Of a stretch of 51,275 nt of DNA, positions 24,228 through 33,384 are shown piece after piece. Position numbers and translations under genes: made by a program. The stretch lies in IMG/VR virus record IMGVR_UViG_3300035670_000056, positions 64,001 to 115,275 of that record; one strand, written 5' to 3'. Numbering within the stretch: the stretch's first letter is position 1; every line of letters begins with the position of its first letter. Below the pieces are notes generated by a model. The model was not told the DNA's origin, ran no database searches, and saw only the letters and a program-made list of their open reading frames with translations. Source of the DNA: a virus. Lineage: Duplodnaviria; Heunggongvirae; Uroviricota; Caudoviricetes.

Positions 24228-25070
24228 ATGAAAGGAATTATTCTAGCTGGAGGTACTGGTAGCAGATTATATCCGTTGACTAGTACAATAAATAAACAGT
24301 TGTTGCCTGTTTACGACAAGCCAATGATTTATTATCCATTCTGCACATTATTGTCTTGTGGTATAAAAGACTTTTGCATTATTTCTTCCCCAGAGTATTT
24401 ACCTTCTTATGAAAAATTGTTTGGGGATGGAAGTCAACTGGGTATTAAAATTACTTATAAAGTACAGTACAAACCCAGAGGTATAGCAGAAAGTTTTATT
24501 ATAGCTGAAGAATTTATAAGTAATGATTCAGTTGCGCTTATACTAGGTGATAATATATTTCACGGAATGCCTAGAGTCAAGCCCATACTTCACGGAGCTG
24601 TTATATTTGGTTATGAAGTTAGTGATCCAAGATCATATGGAGTTATTGAGTTTGATAGTGATAACAACGTAATAAGCATAGAAGAAAAACCCACTGAACC
24701 AAAAAGCAATTATGCGGTACCTGGCTTATATTTTTATGATAAGAACGTGGTTGAATATGCTAAAACACTTAAACCATCTGCAAGAGGTGAAATTGAAATA
24801 ACTGATTTGAACTTAATATATCTTGACAACAAGCAGTTGACCGCTGTAAAATTTGCTAAAGGCACAGCGTGGTTAGATGCTGGAAGTGCTGAATCATTAT
24901 TTGAAAGTAGTGCTTATGTTCAAGCTATTCAATCAAGACAAGGAATTAAAATTGGTTGTATTGAAGAAGAGTGCTTCAAGCGCAAATATATAAGCAAAGA
25001 GCAGCTTAAAGCGCTTATGGAAAAATTACCCAACAGCGAATATAAAAAATATTTAAATAAATTATTATGA
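24228..25070 (+). CDS. rmlA: Glucose-1-phosphate thymidylyltransferase
   Basis: GIILAGGTGSRLYP, KQLLPVYDKPMIYYP, LILGDNIF, RGEIEIT. Confidence 0.95.
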   Translation: MKGIILAGGTGSRLYPLTSTINKQLLPVYDKPMIYYPFCTLLSCGIKDFCIISSPEYLPSYEKLFGDGSQLGIKITYKVQYKPRGIAESFIIAEEFISNDSVALILGDNIFHGMPRVKPILHGAVIFGYEVSDPRSYGVIEFDSDNNVISIEEKPTEPKSNYAVPGLYFYDKNVVEYAKTLKPSARGEIEITDLNLIYLDNKQLTAVKFAKGTAWLDAGSAESLFESSAYVQAIQSRQGIKIGCIEEECFKRKYISKEQLKALMEKLPNSEYKKYLNKLL

Positions 25071-25933
25071 TTATACTATTTGGATCAAGCGGTTATATTG
25101 GAAGTGAATTTAAAAAGCAATTAGCTGAATTAAAGCTACCTGTTTTTCTTTGGCCAAATGCAAGAAATACAACATTTGCTGACTTGGAAAAATGGTATGA
25201 AGACACAGGATACCCTATTATAGGCGCTGTAATAAATGCAGCTGGGTACACTGGCAAACCAAATGTTGATGCTTGTGAATTAAATAAAGAAGCTACCGTA
25301 CACGGTAATATTGTGTGGCCACAAATACTAACTGATTGGTGTATGTTGAATGATATACCTTTGGCGCATGTTTCCAGTGGATGTATATATGAAGGTAGAC
25401 GAGCTGATGGTGCTCCTTTTACTGAAGAAGATGTGCCAAACTTTAGTTTTGCGCATAATAATTGTAGTTTTTATAGTGGCACCAAAGTAATAGGTGAACA
25501 AGTAGTGAAGAAGTGGGAAAAACATTACATTTGGAGACTTAGAATACCATTTGAAGAATTTGATAATTCAAGAAACTACATAAGCAAAATCTTAAAATAC
25601 GATAAGCTTTTGGATGCGGAAAATAGTGTAAGTAATAAACAAGAGTTTGTAAGTGCTTGTATTCAAACCATAACCAAAAACGTACCTTATGGCACATACA
25701 ATATTACCAATAGTGGTTTTATCACAACCAAACAAATCACTGAAAAGTTTAAGCAAACAATTGCAAAAGATAAAGTCTTTAATTTTGTTGAAGAATGTGA
25801 ATTTTATAAAAATATTGTTAAAACTCCCCGTTCAAATTGCGTAATGAGCAATGAAAAGTTGTTGTCAACCGGCATCAAAATGAGAACTGCAGATGAAGCT
25901 TTTGACTATTGTTTAAATAATTGGACACTATGA
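25067..25933 (+). CDS. RmlD-fold reductase of the NRS/ER (epimerase-reductase) type
   Basis: GSSGYIG, AAGYTGKPNVDACE, SSGCIY, SFYSGTK. Confidence 0.75.
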   Translation: MIILFGSSGYIGSEFKKQLAELKLPVFLWPNARNTTFADLEKWYEDTGYPIIGAVINAAGYTGKPNVDACELNKEATVHGNIVWPQILTDWCMLNDIPLAHVSSGCIYEGRRADGAPFTEEDVPNFSFAHNNCSFYSGTKVIGEQVVKKWEKHYIWRLRIPFEEFDNSRNYISKILKYDKLLDAENSVSNKQEFVSACIQTITKNVPYGTYNITNSGFITTKQITEKFKQTIAKDKVFNFVEECEFYKNIVKTPRSNCVMSNEKLLSTGIKMRTADEAFDYCLNNWTL

Positions 25934-26886
25934 ATATACTAGTAACAGGAGGAAGTGGGTTTATAGGCAGCCACTTCATTGAAGAAGTCATTAAACGTGA
26001 GGATGTAGAGAAGGTATACAATATTGATTGTAATACTTACGCTTCGAATAAAAACCTTCCATTTCAAAACAGTACTAGATATCAAAAATTAACTTTAGAC
26101 ATTTCAACTCCAAACTTTTCTGACTCAAAGAAATATATTGACTCATTGAATTTAGATTATGTAATTCACTTTGCAGCTGAGTCACACGTGGATAATTCTA
26201 TCAAATCCCCCAAAAGATTTATAGAAACAAATATTGGTGGAACTTTCAATTTGTTGGAGATATTCAAAGATACAAATATCAAAAAGTTTATTCATATTTC
26301 TACAGATGAAGTATTTGGTAGTTTAAGTTACAAGGAAAGAGAATTTAATACAGACAGTCCATATCGTCCAAATAGTCCGTATGCAGCGAGTAAAGCAGCT
26401 AGTGATTTATTGGTAAGAAGTTATGTTAAGACTTATAATTTTCCAGCTATAATTACAAATTGCAGCAACAATTTTGGACCAAGACAGTTTGCAGAAAAGC
26501 TTATTCCGGTTTGTATTGACAAATTGAAAAAGAAAGAAACGATTCCACTATACGGAAATGGGTTGAATATAAGAGATTGGATTTATGTAAAAGACCACGT
26601 TAATGCGATTATATGCGTTATGCAAGATGGTATTGTTGGAAAACAGTATTTGATAGGGGGTAACAACGAAATATCTAATATACAACTAATACATTCGATT
26701 GTGAGTGTATACGAAACCATCACTAAACAAAAAGTTGACTGGGAATGGTTTGAATATGTAACTGACCGTAAAGGACACGATTTTAGATATGCGGTAGATA
26801 CCAAAGACTTTGAAATGGAGTTTCCTCAATTTAACACAACAGATTTTGACAAAGCTATTTTAGAAACGGTGAAATCATATTTATAA
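25930..26886 (+). CDS. rmlB: dTDP-glucose 4,6-dehydratase
   Basis: GGSGFIG, HFAAESHVDNS, STDEVFG, YAASK, NCSNNFGP. Confidence 0.93.
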   Translation: MNILVTGGSGFIGSHFIEEVIKREDVEKVYNIDCNTYASNKNLPFQNSTRYQKLTLDISTPNFSDSKKYIDSLNLDYVIHFAAESHVDNSIKSPKRFIETNIGGTFNLLEIFKDTNIKKFIHISTDEVFGSLSYKEREFNTDSPYRPNSPYAASKAASDLLVRSYVKTYNFPAIITNCSNNFGPRQFAEKLIPVCIDKLKKKETIPLYGNGLNIRDWIYVKDHVNAIICVMQDGIVGKQYLIGGNNEISNIQLIHSIVSVYETITKQKVDWEWFEYVTDRKGHDFRYAVDTKDFEMEFPQFNTTDFDKAILETVKSYL

Positions 26887-26889
26887 TAT

Positions 26890-27276
26890 GTGCCCATTAG
26901 AATTTATTCTAAAGAAGCCAAAGACTTAACTCTATTTGAAGAAAAGAGTTGTGCTAAACTAATTTCCTCTGGTTCCATATACTCGTTATATGTTGAGTGT
27001 TGTTCGCCTGATAAAAAAGTACCAAACAGAGTCTTTATGGCCAAAGAAAATGGCAAGATTATAGGGTGGTCAATAATACGATTAAAGAAAAAGATAGGTG
27101 TTAACGGATACTTTGAGTTTATGGTTTATATCAAACGACTATACAGACGTAGAGGTATAGCAACAAAAATGTATAAACGATCCAGAAAATTCTTTAATTT
27201 GGAAGACGATGATATAAAGGTATACAAAACTGATACTGCTAATATAAGATTCTTTGACTCGGTTATGGAGTCATAG
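26890..27276 (+). CDS. GNAT-family acetyltransferase-like protein
   Basis: FMVYIKRLYRRRGIATKM. Confidence 0.65.
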   Translation: MPIRIYSKEAKDLTLFEEKSCAKLISSGSIYSLYVECCSPDKKVPNRVFMAKENGKIIGWSIIRLKKKIGVNGYFEFMVYIKRLYRRRGIATKMYKRSRKFFNLEDDDIKVYKTDTANIRFFDSVMES

Positions 27277-27639
27277 ATTCTTGTTATAGATAGCTAATTT
27301 TGGATTTGCATATCCAAATTTTTTAACCAATTGACCAGCTACACTATTAGCTTCATCTTCAATTTCACCACCAATGTCTTGAGTTGGTTCTTCTAACTTA
27401 CCAAGTTGATTTTGGTGATGGTGTATTAGTTCGTGTGCAATACTACGAAGAACGTCGGCTAATCCTCTATCTTTACAATAAACCTTTACAAGACCGTTTT
27501 GAGGATTGTAATAAGCATATGTTTTTAAATCATCGTCTCGTTGTTTTACCAGAGATACCTTAAACGGAGTATTAATGTTTAGTTCATCATTGATGAATTT
27601 AATAAACTTAACGATAGCATATTTGCTTAATTTATCCAT
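27271..27639 (-). CDS. HExxH zinc metallopeptidase-like protein
   Basis: LRSIAHELIHHHQ ... EDEANS. Confidence 0.65.
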   Translation of the reverse strand: MDKLSKYAIVKFIKFINDELNINTPFKVSLVKQRDDDLKTYAYYNPQNGLVKVYCKDRGLADVLRSIAHELIHHHQNQLGKLEEPTQDIGGEIEDEANSVAGQLVKKFGYANPKLAIYNKNL

Positions 27640-27640
27640 A

Positions 27641-28093
27641 TTAGAGTCCTGCTTCTTTGTAAGACATCTTTACTCTGCCAGCATCAATCAAACGTTTGCG
27701 GTTTTGTAAATGAAGATTCTTCACGTTTTCTTTATTTTCCCCAAGATATTTCACAGCATAACCTTCCTCAACCAACAAATTGTTTAAAACTTCTTTGGTT
27801 TCTGGGTTGATTATTTCACCTAAAATTCTACCAAACTTTTCAACATCATCGCTCTTATGTGTACGGACTATCACGTGTTTCTTACTATTTTCAATAAATT
27901 CTTTAACATAATCTTTGCTAATCAAACCAAATACCTTTTCGGTTTTATCACTGGTACGGCTTTCTGGGGTATCAACTCCCAACAATCTTACACTTTGATT
28001 AGATAGAACCACATTAAATCCCAAGTCAATATCAACAACAATTGTGTCTCCATCTACAACTTGAGTGACCTTTGCGTGATATTCGTATGGCAT
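27641..28093 (-). CDS. Thermonuclease (SNase-like)
   Basis: VVDGDT, VRLLGVDTPE, KFGRILG. Confidence 0.88.
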   Translation of the reverse strand: MPYEYHAKVTQVVDGDTIVVDIDLGFNVVLSNQSVRLLGVDTPESRTSDKTEKVFGLISKDYVKEFIENSKKHVIVRTHKSDDVEKFGRILGEIINPETKEVLNNLLVEEGYAVKYLGENKENVKNLHLQNRKRLIDAGRVKMSYKEAGL

Positions 28094-28094
28094 A

Positions 28095-28454
28095 TTATGA
28101 TAGTGTTAACAAATATTTTAGCTTATTTAGTTGAGCCAACATTTCATCCCGTATGTTAAATAAATCTGTATCCGATTCTTCCAAAGATTTTGGCAATTCA
28201 TTTACCAAATAATCAATGTATTTGTCACAAAAATCGGTTGGGGGCATATCTTTGTAATTGGATAATTCAATCTTAAAACCTTCTCGACTTTCTATCCTAC
28301 CGTATTTACCCATAAAAACTTCGACAAATTCGTCTACTAGATCAGAAAATTCATCATAAGCTCCACCTAAAGCTTGATGTTCAGCATAACTTTTTGTTTG
28401 CCAATGATGGATTTTAAGTTGGTTGTGTAAAGTTAATAAGTTTGTGACTATCAT
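28095..28454 (-). CDS. Ferritin-like four-helix protein (DUF5856-like)
   Basis: QLKIHHWQTKSYAEHQALGGAYD...DEFVEVFMG; likely start at 28454, after TATTTATA (28461-28468). Confidence 0.75.
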   Translation of the reverse strand: MIVTNLLTLHNQLKIHHWQTKSYAEHQALGGAYDEFSDLVDEFVEVFMGKYGRIESREGFKIELSNYKDMPPTDFCDKYIDYLVNELPKSLEESDTDLFNIRDEMLAQLNKLKYLLTLS

Positions 28455-28522
28455 AATAGATATAAATATCATATTTAGAATAAAATAACTAAAACAAAAC
28501 GTAAATCTATTATTTATACACA

Positions 28523-28858
28523 ATGAAATCAGTTATATATTTTGTTTTTAAAATCAATGAAGAAAATTACATAGACGACATACAGAGTCAGATAAATCAC
28601 GATGTTAAACAATACATAATAACTGACATCATCAACCCTTCAAAATCGATTTATAACAAAGTTGACAATATTTTTTACTTTAAAGATAAAATTTCGTGTT
28701 TGAACGGCACAATGCATTTATTGAATTACCTTGAAACTTTCAATTGTACGGAAACATTGTTATTGAATACAAACAAACAATATGATTTGAGTCAGTTAAC
28801 CTACAAAAACATATCAAATGTGAAAGAAGAGTTCGCCGTTGTAAATAACATTCTGTGA
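28523..28858 (+). CDS. Hypothetical protein
   Basis: TATTTATA at 28511-28518, 4 nt before the ATG. Confidence 0.5.
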   Translation: MKSVIYFVFKINEENYIDDIQSQINHDVKQYIITDIINPSKSIYNKVDNIFYFKDKISCLNGTMHLLNYLETFNCTETLLLNTNKQYDLSQLTYKNISNVKEEFAVVNNIL

Positions 28859-29833
28859 TCCATCGAATGTTTTAACTAATTTATCATTTACTACAATTTT
28901 GGTATTGCCTATCAAAGACGGATCTATATAAGAATAATACCAACATCCAGGATGTATAGTAGTATCTTCGTGTAGTACATTTCCAACGTATATTTTTAAA
29001 CGTACCGGATCAGGTAACAAACAACTAGAATAGTAAAACACTGGTTTGTTGTTTATAATGTCGTAGATAAAATTGCATCTAGAATCATCAATCAAATTTC
29101 TATATGAGTATACTTGATTGATTGATGAATATTTAAATATGTCGTTTAAATTGGTGTGTTCTTCAAAAACAACGAAATTATCAGGTTTGTATGTATCAAC
29201 TAACTTAGTAAAAACTGTTTCAAAAAAGTGACCGTATATATCTATGTTGTTATTTTTGTACTCAAATTCATTGTAAGCAAAGTTTTTTGCAATTGAAAAC
29301 ATACTGTTTACTTTTGCAAAATGAAAATATGTACAGTACACTTGTTCGTTGCTAGTGGATTGTTTTTTAAAACAAAAAGTTATCAAATCATATTCTGTTA
29401 GTTTATCAAAATATTTTCTGATATGACAAAGATCGTGGTTATGAATAAAATGATCGTCTTCTATGTAAAAATAGTTATCATACCCAAGACATTTAGCATA
29501 ACTAATTAAAGAACGTTGATTACGAAGTAAAGATGGAAAATGGGTGTCGTGGTAAAACATTACTTTGTGATGGGTATTAAAATCATACATAAAATACCCA
29601 CCACTAGAAATTTTGTAATAGTCAAAATAAAACTTTTTGTCACACTTATGAGTTGTGTAATCGTAAATTATATGTTTGGATTTTTCTATAACATACTCAG
29701 GCAACAAGTCTGTAGTAGATAAAGTTATGATATCGTATCCCAAGTTCAATAACTGCTTGAAGTTTTTCAAACACATTTTGGACCGATTAACTGAATTGGG
29801 ACTGGTTAGAAATAATATAACATTTTTAGACAT
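28814..29833 (-). CDS. Hypothetical protein, possibly glycosyltransferase-like
   Basis: YFYIEDD acidic motif; N/Y/I-rich like neighbouring transferases. Confidence 0.4.
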   Translation of the reverse strand: MSKNVILFLTSPNSVNRSKMCLKNFKQLLNLGYDIITLSTTDLLPEYVIEKSKHIIYDYTTHKCDKKFYFDYYKISSGGYFMYDFNTHHKVMFYHDTHFPSLLRNQRSLISYAKCLGYDNYFYIEDDHFIHNHDLCHIRKYFDKLTEYDLITFCFKKQSTSNEQVYCTYFHFAKVNSMFSIAKNFAYNEFEYKNNNIDIYGHFFETVFTKLVDTYKPDNFVVFEEHTNLNDIFKYSSINQVYSYRNLIDDSRCNFIYDIINNKPVFYYSSCLLPDPVRLKIYVGNVLHEDTTIHPGCWYYSYIDPSLIGNTKIVVNDKLVKTFDGSQNVIYNGELFFHI

Positions 29834-29836
29834 AAC

Positions 29837-30034
29837 TTATGTGACCACTTCAACCTTACACTTGGTCTTATTAAAAAATCCTTCGTCAATCAAATACTTA
29901 ACAGTTAAATCACAACGATTTTTAAAATCATAAAAAGCGATCTCAGATGGTTTCCAGATACGAATAGTATTGGTATCTTTTATTTCAAATTTTATACCAT
30001 TAACATATCCGCTTTTTTTAATACTACTGAACAT
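29837..30034 (-). CDS. Hypothetical protein
   Basis: TATTTATT at 30039-30046. Confidence 0.5.
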   Translation of the reverse strand: MFSSIKKSGYVNGIKFEIKDTNTIRIWKPSEIAFYDFKNRCDLTVKYLIDEGFFNKTKCKVEVVT

Positions 30035-30140
30035 TAATAATAAATATCTCGGTATAATTGAACGACATTAAAATATAGATTGTATACAAATATAAAAATT
30101 TTGATAGCAAAAACATTGCTGGATAAACTATATATTGAGA

Positions 30141-30623
30141 ATGAAAGTAGAGTTACAAAGTTATTTAAAGAAAAAATTTCCACAATTGTATCCAGTTGAT
30201 TTTTCATTTGAATGTGGAACAGGTTGGTTCAGAATTATTTTGTGGCTTAGTCGATATCTGGAAATGTATGTTATGCAACAAAATGAATGTGCGCAAAAAC
30301 ATCCACAGCAATATCAACCTGTAAAACCAATAGTAGCTCGTCAAGTAAAACAAAAGTTTGGAACATTACGGTTCTACTATGAGGGAGGAGATGAACACAC
30401 AACCTCTATTATTAGTTTTGTAGAATTTATATCTGGATACATTTGTGAATCCACCGGTGATTTGGAAGATGTAGGATACAACCACAAAGGAGTTATACAA
30501 ACAACACATACATCTCTGAAAAGAGATATAACAGACTTCAACTTCGTTGACGACGAAGAGTTACGTAACATAATAAAAAAATTAAAATATGAGCAAAATT
30601 ATCAAAAAACTAATGATCAGTAA
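30141..30623 (+). CDS. Hypothetical phage protein (ECG.GW / KQKFG.LRFY type)
   Basis: FECGTGWF and QVKQKFGTLRFYY. Confidence 0.6.
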   Translation: MKVELQSYLKKKFPQLYPVDFSFECGTGWFRIILWLSRYLEMYVMQQNECAQKHPQQYQPVKPIVARQVKQKFGTLRFYYEGGDEHTTSIISFVEFISGYICESTGDLEDVGYNHKGVIQTTHTSLKRDITDFNFVDDEELRNIIKKLKYEQNYQKTNDQ

Positions 30624-31197
30624 CGAAGACGTTGACGACCACTCAGACGAAAAACAAAAAATTGTCTCTGTAATAAACAATAACGAACTATATTTCTACG
30701 AAGGAATAAATCCAAGCTCAATTCTTTTGATAAATAAAAACATTGGTGATCTATCTCGTCATATGTTAATAACCCAGATCACATTTGATTTACCTGAACC
30801 GCCACATATCAAACTTCATATAAACAGCGATGGCGGTGAAGTATTTAGTGCTTTATCATTAGTAGACAGAATACGTTCTTCCAAAGTTCCAATTCATTCA
30901 TACTCAGAAGGATTAGTTGCGTCAGCTGCTACACTAATAAGTGTTAGTTGTCAAAAACGATATATACGTAGAAATACTATTTTTCTTATTCATCAAGTAC
31001 GTAGTTGGTTTGAAGGTACATACGAAGACCTAAAAGACGAAAAGCAAAATATGGATTTGATAATGAAAATTGTTAAAGACATATACCTAAAGCACACAAA
31101 GTTCAAAGAAGAAGAACTTGATGAATTGCTAAAACGAGACATTTACTTAAACGCTGATGACGCTATTAGATATGGACTTGCAGACGAAATCATCTAG
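30589..31197 (+). CDS. clpP: ClpP-like serine protease
   Basis: INSDGG, VASAAT (Ser), IHQ (His), RDIYL (Asp). Confidence 0.85.
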   Translation: MSKIIKKLMISNEDVDDHSDEKQKIVSVINNNELYFYEGINPSSILLINKNIGDLSRHMLITQITFDLPEPPHIKLHINSDGGEVFSALSLVDRIRSSKVPIHSYSEGLVASAATLISVSCQKRYIRRNTIFLIHQVRSWFEGTYEDLKDEKQNMDLIMKIVKDIYLKHTKFKEEELDELLKRDIYLNADDAIRYGLADEII

Positions 31198-31516
31198 AAA
31201 CAAAGAAGGATACGTGTATATTATTAGCAATAGTAACTTCCCAGGTTATTATAAGGTGGGTGTTACTAATGATATAAAATCACGATTACGTACATATCAG
31301 ACATCATCTCCACTGCGTAACTATAAAATTGAATACTATATATATCACCCAGATTGTTATGGGGCGGAGAAACAAATATCTGAAAAACTCAAGTACTTTG
31401 CTACCGAAATCAAGAATGAATGGTTCAAATGTGACCTTGAACTTGTCAAGGGAAGAGTAGAAGAAAGTCTTGAGCCCGAAGAAAATGTCTTGACTTTTAT
31501 AAAAAGAGGTGTATAG
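31172..31516 (+). CDS. T5orf172/GIY-YIG-like protein
   Basis: GYVYIISN...YYKVGVTNDIKSRL...NEWF. Confidence 0.75.
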   Translation: MDLQTKSSRNKEGYVYIISNSNFPGYYKVGVTNDIKSRLRTYQTSSPLRNYKIEYYIYHPDCYGAEKQISEKLKYFATEIKNEWFKCDLELVKGRVEESLEPEENVLTFIKRGV

Positions 31517-31529
31517 TTATAGTATAGTT

Positions 31530-32174
31530 ATGAATACAATAGCTAATAAATTGATCTGTTTGAATCTAAATTCTAACTGGCAGCCAATTGGTTTCAAAAC
31601 CGTAAAAGATGCAATTATTGATCTTTGTGGAGCTGAAGTCGATGGCAAGCCTTCTAGTTTGGCTTTGGACATTGATTACGAAATGAACGAAAACGGAGAA
31701 CCAAATCTTTCGGTTCCAACCACTATGAATCCTGTGAGTTGGACCGAATGGTTGAAACTTCCTATTCGTCCTTGGGATCTTGTGATCAATTCAGCACATA
31801 TGTCCGTACGTGTGCCAACTGTAATCATTGCTGTTAACTTTAATAAGATGCCTGTAAAGTCATTTAAAGGCAAACCCAGCAAAGATGCGATCTATAACCG
31901 TGATAATGGTATTTGTCAATACACCGGCAAAAAGATTGATCGCAACAGTGCTACCGTTGATCACATTCTACCTCGTAGCAAGGGTGGAGAAGATAGTTGG
32001 ACCAATCTGGTATTGTGTTCACGTGATGTCAACTCCAAGAAAGGCAACAAATTGAATAGTGAAGTTGGACTAAAGCTAATCAAACAGCCAAGTATTCCAC
32101 AACCAGTACCAGTGTCAGCTTTGATAAAAGAAGCAAAACACAGAGACTGGGAACACTTTTTGATGGGAGTTTAA
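31530..32174 (+). CDS. HNH endonuclease (McrA-like)
   Basis: RDNGICQYTG...TVDHILPRSKGG..SWTNLV...NSKKG; promoter TTGACT-16-TATAGT at 31490-31517. Confidence 0.88.
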   Translation: MNTIANKLICLNLNSNWQPIGFKTVKDAIIDLCGAEVDGKPSSLALDIDYEMNENGEPNLSVPTTMNPVSWTEWLKLPIRPWDLVINSAHMSVRVPTVIIAVNFNKMPVKSFKGKPSKDAIYNRDNGICQYTGKKIDRNSATVDHILPRSKGGEDSWTNLVLCSRDVNSKKGNKLNSEVGLKLIKQPSIPQPVPVSALIKEAKHRDWEHFLMGV

Positions 32175-32245
32175 ATAATTTTTCAATATTTTTAAAACAC
32201 ACGAATATATAATCTTAATCGATTATATATTTTTTTTGCGTAGTT

Positions 32246-32422
32246 ATGAAAAAAACCAAAAGCGTCACCATCAACATCAACGGAAATGAGGTAACATTAG
32301 AAGAAACCCAAATCAAATTCTATTTGTCAGAAACAAAGAAAAAGAAGGTATATAAGAACAAGATAGAAAAGTTTTTCACTAACTTAGGTGATATTTTTAA
32401 TAAAAATAACAATTTAAGTTGA
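32246..32422 (+). CDS. 58-aa hypothetical protein (not in ORF track)
   Basis: MKKTKSVTININGNEV...NNNLS*. Confidence 0.5.
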   Translation: MKKTKSVTININGNEVTLEETQIKFYLSETKKKKVYKNKIEKFFTNLGDIFNKNNNLS

Positions 32423-32434
32423 TATTTATTGTAC

Positions 32435-33022
32435 GTGGATCAATATAACAAATTTCTATTAGAAGCTTATCGGGGGGGACTACGTGCTTGGTTTGGCAAA
32501 GGACCAGTAGGCAGTTCATCTGGTGGGGGGTGGGATCGTTATGACAGCACTGGTAAAAAGGCTGGTAAATGTGGTGATGCTAAAAAAGGATCCAGTTATA
32601 GTGCTTGTTTAGGAAAAAAATATGCTGCCAGACTAAGAGCTAAAGGTGGTAAAAAAGCAATTGCTAATTGGGTCAAACGTAAAAAATCAGCACAAAGATC
32701 TGCTGGTAGAGGAGAAAAAGGCAGTGGTGGCAAAGGACAATCTCCTGTAAGAGTAAGTTATAAAGAATCATTGAGTGAAATATTTGTTATTGCTCAAAAA
32801 GAAGGTTTAAAGCAAGATCTGATAAATTTTTTACGTCAAGAATTTCAAAGTGGACGTTTAAAGCCAATTCACGGGGGTGTAAGTACAACCGAATTTAAAC
32901 CAGATGATTGGTTAGAAGATATTGCGGAGCACACAATTAATCATTTGATCAGTTATTTTGAAACAATAAGAAGTCAAACAGAACGTAATATTTACTCATC
33001 TGTACCTATGGTATCCAAATGA
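32435..33022 (+). CDS. Basic Gly/Lys-rich modular protein, putative head-internal
   Basis: LLE then GLRAWF...KCG...YSACL...NWVKRKK; TATTTATT 4 nt before the GTG. Confidence 0.55.
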   Translation: MDQYNKFLLEAYRGGLRAWFGKGPVGSSSGGGWDRYDSTGKKAGKCGDAKKGSSYSACLGKKYAARLRAKGGKKAIANWVKRKKSAQRSAGRGEKGSGGKGQSPVRVSYKESLSEIFVIAQKEGLKQDLINFLRQEFQSGRLKPIHGGVSTTEFKPDDWLEDIAEHTINHLISYFETIRSQTERNIYSSVPMVSK

Positions 33023-33081
33023 GATTATAATATTAAAAAGATATTGAACGTTACATAGTTATATAGTACTATAAGAAATAT

Positions 33082-33381
33082 ATGAGTTACTATATCAAAG
33101 ATACAACAAAAAACAAAGTGGTCACATTTACTGACCCAAACGAAGTAGTCAGTTATTTAGAAAACCTATGTCGGGTTAAACTTCGTAAAACACGTAAAGA
33201 ACTAATGTTTGAAATGGAATCATTAGGTCACGGTCACGATGACCCACAAGGTGTAAACTTTACAACAATGATGGGAGAATATTTTGAAGTTGGTGCTTTA
33301 AAGAAAGATGGAAGAATGGTACGTACCAACATTCATGAATTAGCAAGAAATTTGAAATATCGTAAAGAAATGGGTGATTGA
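33082..33381 (+). CDS. Hypothetical protein
   Basis: 99-aa ORF in a co-oriented run. Confidence 0.55.
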   Translation: MSYYIKDTTKNKVVTFTDPNEVVSYLENLCRVKLRKTRKELMFEMESLGHGHDDPQGVNFTTMMGEYFEVGALKKDGRMVRTNIHELARNLKYRKEMGD

Positions 33382-33384
33382 TTT

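Noticed and set aside
30589-31197. ClpP as a dedicated partner of the tmRNA-like RNA
   Set aside because: It lies 14 kb away on the other strand, and ClpP-like genes are common in large phages; no sequence link.
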